Assembly (NCBI RefSeq): GCF_964355755.1
Contig: NC_092672.1
Span: forward strand, 29,704,437-29,768,436
From: Antedon mediterranea
Taxonomy: Eukaryota > Animalia > Echinodermata
DNA length: 64,000 nucleotides
Direction of reading: 5' to 3'
The translations under genes were made by a program, and so were the position numbers. The notes below the pieces were generated by a model. It ran no database searches. It saw nothing but the letters and a program-made list of their open reading frames with translations, and was not told the DNA's origin. Shown piece after piece: positions 38,426 through 50,221 of this stretch. Numbering within the stretch: position 1 is the stretch's first letter; every line of letters starts with the position of its first letter.

Positions 38426-39989
38426 AATAAACTACGTCATATCTGAACCAGTACATCTTCATTCTACGTATCGGATCGAGCGTGCATTAAATGACTCGCA
38501 CAGAAATTGGACATAATTATATACAACTTTCGGTCCGTTACAGTGTTTACGAGACACGTCTCAAACAGTTTAATTATTTGCATGTTACGAGGAAAGATTT
38601 CAGATGTTTAAAATTGATTTATTAGATAAGATAAACAAAAATAACTCAACAGGTATAACACTGTTTCATTCGGAGTCGCCAGAAATTACCATTCTCATTA
38701 AAAGTCAATTAAGTCATTGCACCAATCTTTGAAATAAATACAATTAACAGGCAACTTTTGTTTCATTTCCTTTATTCAGAACTAGAAGAAACTAAAAAAA
38801 AACCTAAAAAAATGTAAACGGATACTTATCTACATTCTACAGTTCATTATAATTACAAAATAAAAAAATTGATAAAAAATGTATATTCCTTAAGCTTGGT
38901 TCTCACTAGAAACAACAAGATAACAAATATCAATTTTGCATCCCCTCTCCCCCGCCTCTTACGAGAAATTGGATTAACTGCCGAGATGAACGTAAAACAA
39001 CAGAAAATGTGTTATAACGTCTACGGTACCGTGCTTACGTAATCGGTTGCCACAACGCAATGTTATATGTTATTGCGTCAATACTTTGAATATTTCGTTG
39101 CATCTTAGTTGGAACCAATCTTTCAAACTACTAATAGTTTACTCCTATACTACTGAAGTCAATAATTGACAGGTTATTATTGACGGTTTATTTATTTTAA
39201 ATACCAATACAGTATACTACTTTACTACGCTGAAGGTCTCTTGTACATTATTTATAGACAATAGTTTATTACTGGTATTTAAGATTAATATTGTAATCCA
39301 TTACATAACCATATGTTAAACTAAGGTTTATTTATTTCAAATACCATTATAGTATTACTTTAACTAATCTGAAAGTTCATTGTAAATTATTTATAGACCA
39401 ATAGAAATACTACTGGTATTTCAGATTAATATTGGAATCATTACTTAACATATGTTAAACTAATGGTTTATTTATTTAAAAAAATAAACTTTACTACTTA
39501 AAGTTCTTCTGTTCAAATATTAATATTAGTCTAATATTGTCAGTGTTCTAATCCAAGTAAACATCAAGAGTAAATACAAGATGACTTCAATACTATTTGT
39601 GTACTATCACCACCTCTATGCAAATGAGTAAATATTAAATGCAATTATAATGCAATGAAAACAGTTAATTAATTTCTAACACTTTGTACAATATTGAAAG
39701 AAAATATTAAAGCTCAAATCACGCTTGCAGTAGGTCCTACTTATAAAAAACCATTTGGTGTGAGACTTTTTACATCAATTTGTTCTGAATCCATTTTGCA
39801 CACATTAAGATGGCAGAACGTTTGAGTTGGAGAGGAATAATCAATTAACCCAGTAGATTACAGTCAATGTTTTTTTCATCTGCCAGTGATATTGTGTGTC
39901 TTTATGCCAAAAAAGTTACTCCTCTATTTGAACAGTCTCTCCTTATTTCACTAATTACCCCATCTGGTAAATAGCAATCATGCATGTTA

Positions 39990-42900
39990 AGCAACTTTAG
40001 TTTAGGTAACATATTTAATAAAGAACTCAGTAAAGTACCATCAATATCACTGAGATTATTACCACTGATATTGGCATTATGTAAATTCAACTTAACTCCT
40101 TTAGCAGAAAACTCTATAATCATAGCATTCATTACAGCACCTGCTAGATTACAATCATGCAAGTCAAGTGTAAGTGCATCATCATCATCACCATTATCAT
40201 TATCATCATCATCATCATCAACAACATCAATCATACTAAATAGATAACACAGTGATGTACCATCAATGTCACTAAGATTATTACCACTGATATAGAAGTG
40301 ATTTAATCTCAACTTAACTCCTTTAGCAGAAAACTCTATAATCATAGCATTCATTACAGCACCTGCTAGATTACAATCATGCAAGTCAAGTGTAAGTGCA
40401 TCATCATCATCACCATTATCATTATCATCATCATCATCATCAACATCATCAATCATACTAAATAGATAACACAGTGATGTACCATCAATGTCACTAAGAT
40501 TATTACCACTGATATAGAAGTTATCTAATACCCCTTTCACACCAAAAGCAAAACTCCGGAGACACCCCGGAGTTGACGCCCCGCTGTTTGGTGTGAAAGG
40601 TAAAATCAAGCAACTCCGGAGTTTAAAACTGCGGGGTTGAACAGCTGAACATTCTCCGGAGAGCGAACTGCGGGGACACCCCGGTGTTTTGGTGTGAAAT
40701 ACCCCTTTCACACCAAAACTCCGGAGTGTCTCCGGAGACACCCCGGGGTTTATGACCATTCAAAACGTCGAGAAACTCCGGAGATACCCCTTTCACACCA
40801 ACCTAGCAACTCCGGGGTTTATAAAATAAAATTGTAAATGTCGCCCTCTATTTTGTTTGTTTACATAGCGACGATCATTAGAATCATTTTAATTAATAAT
40901 ATGTTTAATTTAATAATTACTTTCAGAAGTCTCAGAAGTAATATAATGTTTTATTGATACTACTTATTATTTTTGAACCCGCTATATATGTTGTACAAAT
41001 ATTTAAAGTATTTTGAAATAAAACTAAAGCAATGAGTGATCGTGTGAGGATGACCTTTTGACCCGAAACACTCCGGAGTTTGATGTTGGTACCTTTCACA
41101 CCAAAACACCGGGGTGTCCCCGCAGTTCGCTCTCCGGAGAATGTTCAGCTGTTCAACACCGCAGTTTTAAACTCCCGAGTTGCTTGATTTTACCTTTCAC
41201 ACCAAACAGCGGGGCGTCAACTCCGGGGTGTCTCCGGGGTGTCTCCGGAGTGTCTCCGGAGTTTTGCTTTTGGTGTGAAAGGGGTATTCGGTACCAACAT
41301 CAAACTCCGGAGTGTTTCGGGTCAAAAGGTCATCCTCACACGATCACTCATTGCTTTAGTTTTATTTCAAAACACTTTAAATATTTATACAAAATATATA
41401 GCGGGTTTAAAAAATAATAAGTAGTATCAAATAAAACATTATATTACTTCTGAGACTTTTGAAAGTAATTATTAATTAAAATTATTCTAATGATCGTCGC
41501 TATGTAAACAACAAAAAATAGAGGGCGACATATACAATTTTATTTTATTAACCCCGGTGTTGCTAGGTTGGTGTGAAAGGGGTATCTCCGGAGTTTCTCG
41601 ACGTTTTGAATGGTCATAAACCCCGGGGTGTCTCCGGAGACACTCCGGAGTTTTGGTGTGAAAGGGGTATAATTCCAATTGAACTCCTTTAATAGAACAC
41701 TCTCTATTCATAGCATTAATTACAGCACCTGATAGATTACAATCATGCATGTCAAGTGTACTACCCCAATTCATCATGCTCAATAGATAACCCAGTGATG
41801 TACCATCAATGTCACTAAGATTATTACCACTGATATTGAAGTGATCTAATACCAACATAACTCCTTTATTAGAACACTCTCTATTCATAGCATTCATTAC
41901 AGCACCTGATAGATTACAGTCATGCATGTCAAGTGTACTATCCCAAGTCATTATACTCAATAGATAACACAGTGATGTACCATCAATGTCACTAAGATTA
42001 TTACCACTGATATTGAAGTGATCTAATGCCAACTGAACTCCTTTATTAGGACACTCTATACTCACAGCATTCATTACAGCACCTGATAGATTACAATCAT
42101 GCATGTCAAGTGTACTATCCCAAGTCATTATACTCAATGATGAACCATCAATGGATGCACCATCAATGTCACTAAGATTATTACCACTGATATTGAAGTG
42201 ATCTGATTCCAACTGAACTTCTTTATTAGAACACTCTCTATTCATAGATTTCATTACAGCACCTGATAGATTACAATCATGCATGTCAAGTGTACGCAGC
42301 CTAGTCATCATACTCAATAGATAACACAGTGAGGCACCATCAATGTCACTAAGATTATTACCACTGATATTGAAGTGATCTAATGTCAACTGAACTCCTT
42401 TATTAGAACACTCTCTAATCATAGCATTCATTACAGCACCTGATAGATTACAATCATGCATGTCAAGTGTATCCAGCAAAGTCATCATACTCAATAGATA
42501 ACACAGTGATGCACCATCAATGTCACTAAGATTATTACCACTGATATAGAAGTTATCTAATTCCAATTGAACTCCTTTAATAGAACACTCTCTATTCATA
42601 GCATTAATTACAGCACCTGATAGATTACAATCATGCATGTCAAGTGTACTTTGCCAAGTCATTATACTCAATAGATAACACAGTGAGGCACCATCAATGT
42701 CACTAAGATTATTACCACTGATATTGAAGTGATCTAATGTCAACTGAACTCCTTTATTAGAACACTCTCTAATCATAGCATTAATTACAGCACCTGATAG
42801 ATTACAATCATGCATGTCAAGTGTACTTTGCCAAGTCATTATACTCAATAGATAACACAGTGAGGCACCATCAATGTCACTAAGATTATTACCACTGATA

Positions 42901-43535
42901 TTGAAGTGATCTAATGTCAACTGAACTCCTTTATTAGAACACTCTCTAATCATAGCATTCATTACAGCACCTGATAGATTACAATCATGCATGTCAAGTG
43001 TATCCAGCAAAGTCATCATACTCAATAGATAACACAGTGATGCACCATCAATGTCACTAAGATTATTACCACTGATATAGAAGTTATCTAATTCCAATTG
43101 AACTCCTTTAATAGAACACTCTCTATTCATAGCATTAATTACAGCACCTGATAGATTACAATCATGCATGTCAAGTGTACTCCGCCTAGTCATCCTACTC
43201 AATAGATAACACAGTGAGGCACCATCAATGTCACTAAGATTATTACCACTGATATTGAAGTGATCTAATGTCAACATAACTCTTTTATTAGAACACTCTC
43301 TAGTCATAGCATTCATTACAGTACCTGATAGATTACAATCATGCATGTCAAGTTTACTCAGCGAAGTCATCATACTCAATAGATAACACAGTGATGTACC
43401 ATCAATGTAACTAAGATTATTACCACTGATATTGAAGTGATTTAATCTCAACTTAACTCCATTATAAGAACACTCTCTACTCATAGCATTCATTACAGCA
43501 CCTGATAGATTACAATCATGCATGTCAAGTTTAAG
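39990..43535 (-). repeat. NLR-B LRR array: 13 cassettes plus terminal half, split by a MITE; basic unit 177 bp, the two acidic-loop units have a 222-bp period
   Basis: Unit count from ORFs 41487-45398 and 39902-40759; removing the element plus one TAA restores QLEL-DNFYISGNN. Confidence 0.93.
40529..41669. mobile_element. PIF/Harbinger-type MITE (TAA TSD) containing a second, inverted copy of itself (40700-41286)
   Basis: TIR TACCCCTTTCACACCAAAA...TTTTGGTGTGAAAGGGGTA; TAA at 40526-40528 and 41670-41672; the empty-site sequence is given by sister LRR units (ttatctaattccaattg). Confidence 0.9.
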
Positions 43536-45514
43536 GTGGTTACACTGATCAAACGTTAAAATACATAGAATGTGTGTAAGAACCTTTCCTTTAGAATCAG
43601 ATGATATTGTATTTAAAAAACTCCACAAATTGTTAGTCAACGGTATTTTATGAAATTCCCTCAGAATATTTATAAAATGTTTATCAACGTTTTCATCTTT
43701 GCTTACATGCTGAATGAACATTCTTAATGTATTTGAAATATCTTCCAAATGTTCTTTTATTTCTAAATTTGTATTCGATATGTGATTAAGCAATGTTTGT
43801 TCAACATTATCCATATGATGTTTTTTCACTAATGCTAAGTATTTATCAAAAGATCGATATGCTGCCAAATCATTTGTAATCCAATGCTTTAAGAATGTTC
43901 CAGCATCAGCTCCAAGGAACCCAATGGCAAATTCTCTTGTTATTTTGAAATACTCACTTTCTCGTATTTCTTTCCATTCCTTTTCATCTAATGGCGCAAG
44001 TAATGGGTTTTCCATCGATTCACTCTCACATAGTTTGTATAAATAAAATCCCACCAATGACTCAACTATCAATTTGTGTGGAGGCATATAATTCTCTTCA
44101 AAGCCAGACTTTGAAATTGGTGCATCTTCATAAACGAACCCAAGTTTCAGGGAAATATCAATCGTATTTTTGTCACCTGTAAGGTTTTTCTTGTTTATCG
44201 AAAGTTGATTTCTTGTTAAGTTACGATACATGCATTTTCCTAAACAAATCATAGCATTTACATACTCCTCTGGAGCATCATCAAATTTTGAAATAAAATG
44301 GTGTTGTTGTTGTTTTTTAATGAACTGATTTAAAATACTTCGAAACAGTTCTTTAAAAAGATCAGATTTATCAAGAGGAAGATTTTGGCTGTCCTCCCAC
44401 ATTATACAAATTGTGACAAGTAACATTGGATTTTTGGACATATCGCGTATTTCTTGATGTTTTCTATATACATCATAGAGTTCACCAATTAGTGATTCTC
44501 CCAGGGCAGGTTTGCCAAAATGCTTAAAATGATTGTCAATATATTTTGTAATGTTTCTTTCGTTGAACCCTTTTACTCTTACGTGTACATTACACTCATT
44601 AATGAATGCACTTATGTTTTCTGTTCGCGAGGTCAGTATCACTACACTATTCTTTAATGTTTCCCCTCTGAATAGACGAATAAAATCTTCATTCTGAAAT
44701 CGTAATTCATCGAATCCATCTAGCAACAATACAATGTTGCTATCATATTTTATTATGAATTTTTGGATTACTTTCGAATCTTCTCCAAGATCAGTTTCCA
44801 AATCAAATTCTTTCATATTTAGTTTATCTACTATAAGATCAAAGATTCCCTTCCCTTCCTCCAAATCTCTTATATTTAACAGAAATACAATTTTACCTTC
44901 AAACACATCAAATGATTTATCTGTACCTGCATTGTATGCTATGTGCCTTAATAGTGTAGTTTTACCTATACCACCTTCACCATCTATAAGGACTTTGCAC
45001 GCATGTGTGGATTTGATGGTAGTTAACACATCTTGTAATGTTGTTGACTCACTCTCTTTTGTGTTTTTATTTCCTTTGAGTAGTTCCAACTCTGTGAATA
45101 GTTCAGAAATATCGACTTGGTGTGATTCATTCCATGTTGCTGGTGTAAACGTCTTGGCATTTTGCAGAAATGTCTGCTGTTTACTTAGTAGATATACTTT
45201 TATCTTTTCTGTAGGATAAAATGAAAGGTAAATAAATAGGTGACACAACAAATGACATAATAAAAGATGATGACGACGACGACGACAACAATGATGATGG
45301 AACACATTAATTGTGTTTACGCCATAAACATACACCCGTATGTGTCTCTTACTGTATATTGAAATTAAAATTAATATTTTGCCTTGAGACGAAAACAATA
45401 GTAAAATAAATCATGAAATGAAAGTTTTGTTTGTTGAAACTAAATTCATTGTTAGTGGAAAAGTTATTACGGTTTCTTTTATTAAGAAGACGTATCAAAC
45501 ACACTAATGAGGAA

Positions 45515-47215
45515 ATTAGGCCTAAAAAAAAAATTGTTTGTTTGCTGTCAAGTTTTTTTTTTTTGGTAGGGGGGGCGGGTGGGAAAAAGTTTTTTTTTTT
45601 ATGTTAATTTCTCTGTTAATTGTACGCGAATTTGAGAGTAACAAAACACACTGAATAAACAACGAGTTCAAACATCTATTCATAATTTGTTTCACACTTT
45701 AATTCTGTTTTGGGCGCGTTAGGCCCCGTGTCTAAACTAGCCTTACTACACAGTAGGTCGTTGTTAGCAGGCCTAATTAAATATTTTAGAAGTTAGTGTA
45801 CCGTATATTTCGGTGTATAAGTCGCACCTGTGTATATAACTGAGAGTAGAATATCGGTATTTTGTATATCGTCGATGCAAGACGGCCGCGCCCAGCCTCA
45901 ACAAGAAGGGAAGTACCCCATTCCGTCAGTTCTTTCTAACTTGTTATTCATGAGTTTCGCACCCGCAACATCGAGTGCATGACCGCACGTGTGTGTGGGC
46001 TAGCCTCGCTCGATCCTTTTATCGAGAGGCGCACGTTTTCACGGACAATCGTAATCGATTAGTATCTATGTATCCTAGAAGTGTGTACGCTAGGTCTATG
46101 CTATAATCAACTGGAGAATATACCAAAGACTGTATAGCGCCGCTACGCGGCGCAAGATAGGTAACTGGATGAGACCTTTGTAATCCATGGACGCCATTCC
46201 GGCGGACAAATTTCAACCGGAATGAAGTCGTTGTCAAGGCAATATCCACGATGTTTCGGTTAAAGAACGAAGTTTTCTAACCAATCATATCAATGTAAAC
46301 ACACAGAATTAATCGGGAAGTGTCCAGATCCCAAAGAAACTTTTAGTTTACTTTGTTTACATAATTTCTTCCCTTTTCCATGAATCAATCATCGAGATGG
46401 TTAACCACAGATACTTCGAGGCGGACCGCAAAATTTAAACCATTTACATTTAAATCAAAATAATAACCTGTCCGCCCGAATGGCGTCCATGGATTTACTG
46501 GGCGCGTAGTGTTATAAGATAGGAGCTTGGCAGCAGTTACCTATTATAGTTATACGCACGACCGTCGTACCCCCTGCGTGAGCGAGCCCTTCTTGGCAAC
46601 CACATTGTGTACACACAAAGAACTTATAACACAAGAATCTCCTGTTCTTCAATTTGCATTCAAAACACTATCGGAAGTACAGGGTTAAAAGGACAAACTG
46701 GGCGACGCCATTTCACAGCATGGAGCAGCGCCCCCTCCAAACTAGGAAGTCAATTACTCTACCCCCCCCCCCCTCCCTAGAGTATTAGCAGAACCCCTCT
46801 ATGATTTTTACTTTCTAATTTGATGCGGGCACCCTACTCCTCAGTCAATTACTCTATCCCCCCTAGAGCATTAGCAGATCCCCTCTATGATTTTGACTTT
46901 CTAATTTGATGCGGGCGCCCTACTCCATGGCTCACAATGGCGCCACCCATAGCTCTATTCTATCCCACAATGCCTTTCGAAATTGTTACGCGCTTCGGAC
47001 GAACAGGAGATTCTTGTGTACACAGTATTCGACTAGTATATCAAAGAACTTATAACTTATGGCCGTGTGTTTCAAGATATCAATATATGACTCTGGGCTG
47101 GCCGGATATCTAGCGCCCTTGGACTGGCCGAATGTCTAGAGCCATTTGACCACAGGCTGGCCCAAAAAGATCCACACAATGACCGTGTGTTTCACGACCC
47201 CTGCTCCAAATAAGG
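45515..47215. mobile_element. Nest of MITE-like insertions in the last NLR-B intron
   Basis: Inverted pairs at 46183/46470 (ATCCATGGACGCCATTC) and 46628/47001 (ACACAAGAATCTCCTGTTC); ~95-bp tandem at 46750-46925; absent from the NLR-A intron. Confidence 0.6.
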
Positions 47216-48049
47216 GGGTCATATCAATTTCAATTTCTTTATTGCTGAAAATGACATCAAGGGCTAATATCCGCTTAAACATACAACATCATACAAACAA
47301 ATACATATTTACATTTAAAATTGTTATCATTACTATAGTTGTTAGTTGTTATAGTCATTACTACTGTTTATCTATTTATTATAATTGTTATGAATATTAT
47401 TGTTATTATAATTATAGTTAAAATTGTGTAATAAATTAAATTAAAGGTCACATCTTAAGGGCAGTTTTAATGTCAAGAATAGAAGAGAAAGACACGTTTA
47501 AGATGAAAAGATTGAGAGAGAGAGATAAGAAGTATACATACTATGGTTTTCATCTTGAGGTGTTACAGGAAAATCTGTACAGAAAAAAATAAGTTGTAAT
47601 GAGGAAAAGAAATAGAGTGAAATTACAAAGTTATATCACAGTGTTTCTTTTGAGTTTACAACAATATGAATTTAATACGTTTTAATAATTATAGGCTACA
47701 GCTCTACGGAAATATATTATAGGTTAACCACCTGTTAAAAAAAATCGGATCTGTTTTTATAGGCGGAAATAGACGGTTAATAGATTTCTATAGAATCCAA
47801 ATAGGAATGAATTTAATATTTGTAACATTTTAATTTTTAATACGCTGTAATAAAAAAAAATACAATTCTCTTAACTCTAGTAAAACTATCATATAGGATT
47901 CTATAGGATAAGTTAGGACTCTAGTCAATATTATTCCATGATTGGGCCACATATCTCTTTATTTTTAACATTTAAAACTAAATTAAGAATAATTAGATTT
48001 ATTTACTTATTGACAAAAAGACCAAATAAACACATTTATTCACAATTCA

Positions 48050-48835
48050 CATTTACAAAAAGAAGCGAGTGCTTGTCAGTTTGGTAATCATTTGAATGCA
48101 TTTAAATATTTGGTACATACATGTCAGACAACATTCAACAAAAGTTATGTACAAAAAAACCCCCAAAACAAAATGAAACCACGTACACGAGTCGCCCACG
48201 ACCGGTCAACACCTCCGGTTAGGTTAGGTGGAGCACTCCCCTGTGGGAGGAATTCTCCTCTACTTTAGTAGTGATGCATATAAGCACGGTATAAAAGGAC
48301 ATAAGACAAGATGAACCCTGTTTGTCTCCCCGAGGCACTATACTAATCATGAGCGACTCAGTAGGCCTATAATATGCTTAATGTTTTTGTTTATTTTCTC
48401 CCTCTTTTTTTAAGTATGTACTCAATATCATTTCTTTAGTTTCTTTTTTAATTGGGATTTTAATATATTGGTTTTATAGAGCGCGTTCCAAATATTTGGT
48501 CCGTGAATGAATATCGATCTATGACTTATTGCAAGTTTGGAGAATGGTATGCACATTTTTGTTGAATTTCTAATGGTTTTTTGCGCGTTCACTTTCTTTA
48601 CTTTGATCAAGAATTTCACACAAGGGAGGGGGTAGTTGTCGAAGATTATATTGAGTCATGAAACAAATTGCCTGTAACTTATTTAAATCAAACATTGCGA
48701 GTAGGTTAAATTGTTTAAATAAGGGACGTGATCTAGTATCTCTCTTTGAGTTCATTATTATTCTAACTATTAATTTTTGTAACGTAAGTAGTTTCTCAAT
48801 ATGTGTTGGGTACTCATTTCCCCATACAATTAGTT
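48050..48835 (-). mobile_element. Decayed L2/Crack-like LINE 3' fragment in an NLR-B intron
   Basis: IVWGNEYPTHIEKLLTLQK...RPLFKQFNLL...HGPNIWN parallels the C-terminus of the 13127 ORF. Confidence 0.75.
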
Positions 48836-49264
48836 AACAGACAAGTTTAAAGTTATACCTGTTAAAAATGTCTTACATGATTGTTTAGAATTGTATAAGT
48901 AGTCAACAAGATCCCATGAATAAATACTAGGTTAATATTTGTTTTTTACCTTCTCGTCGACGTTTGGAAGCAGATGCTACACATTTGTCATCATCACCCT
49001 CCCTATTTCCTTAAAAAATAAAATAAAACCTTTATCATAATATTTGTAAAAATTGACAAATAATTAATATAGATGGTTTGAAAATTAAAATTAAATAATT
49101 ATAGTTTTCTATGCACCACTGCGGGCACGTTAATTTCTAAGATGTACAATTTTTCGAAGAACATTGTAAAATACATCTTTTTTTTTCTTATAAACGTTGG
49201 AATGGATATTTACTAATAAATCAAAATGTTTTAACATTCATATAAATATCGGTTCACCTTTACC

Positions 49265-50221
49265 TAGTCTGGGTTCCAGACGAAGTTTTGTCTTAATATT
49301 AGTAAAAAGATAAATATTTTGGCACATATGGCGTTTCATACGTATACTACTTGATTTTGGATACTCTGTCTGGGAAAACACGCACAAGTCACGTGGTTTG
49401 ACACCAAGAATTCTTGGTGCATACGATTATCCAGTTGACTAGTTTCAGCTGCATGCGATTGGCTACTCACTCGTACTCCGTTTTAATATTCATATTTCAG
49501 AATTTCAAAGACTCAACAACTAAGATGATGCGCATGCGCTATGTTACGTTTAGACAATGTGTACTTGGGTACATTTATGAAAGTTTCTGAAGGCTGGAAA
49601 TTATTTTATATGCCTAGCAGCCTAGTAGTCTGGTAAACATTTGATGGAATTTTTCCCAAGAACATGAAAACTAGTCTTGATATGATAGGCTAGCAAATCA
49701 GCAAATCAAACATTGAATGGATCATTTATTACGCGGAGATAATTTTGATTTAATTCCCACCCAGACCCTGTCCTGTTCTGTGTGGTGGTGTAGCCCTGTT
49801 GTGTGCTGGTGGTGGTATGTAGGCCTACTTTATTGGCGTTTTATTTGGCAGGTCATACGTGCGAATTGAGTAGGACCTACGAAAGAGGCCAAGGACTAAA
49901 CAATTAATAAACAAAACAACTTGGCATTACGATTTTATATTTCAACAGTCTCGATCGATCGTACATTCAGCACTGCACGTACTCGATCTTTTCATATTGA
50001 AACAAAATGATCATTGGTTGATTCGAAATCCATATTTACATACCGCCCGCCCTATATAGCCAAATACGGTATGATAACCTACGTCATTCTTATCGGATGT
50101 TTGCGGTCTGCAAATCGATTTCTATACGTGTTTCACAAGTCTGTATTTTCAGACAAAAATTGCGGTCGAAATAAAAACAAATAGATAAAAAAAAAGATAA
50201 TACAGACTTGGGGCAAGTCTA
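49265..50221. mobile_element. 957-bp element with hairpin at each end and 8-9 bp TSD (A)CCTTTACC, inserted at an NLR-B splice donor
   Basis: ACCTTTACC at 49256-49264 and 50222-50230; ends TAGTCTGGGTTCCAGAC and GACTTGGGGCAAGTCTA. Confidence 0.8.

Noticed and set aside
39902-40759. Separate 285-aa LRR gene
   Set aside because: It is the severed 3' end of NLR-B read in from MITE sequence.
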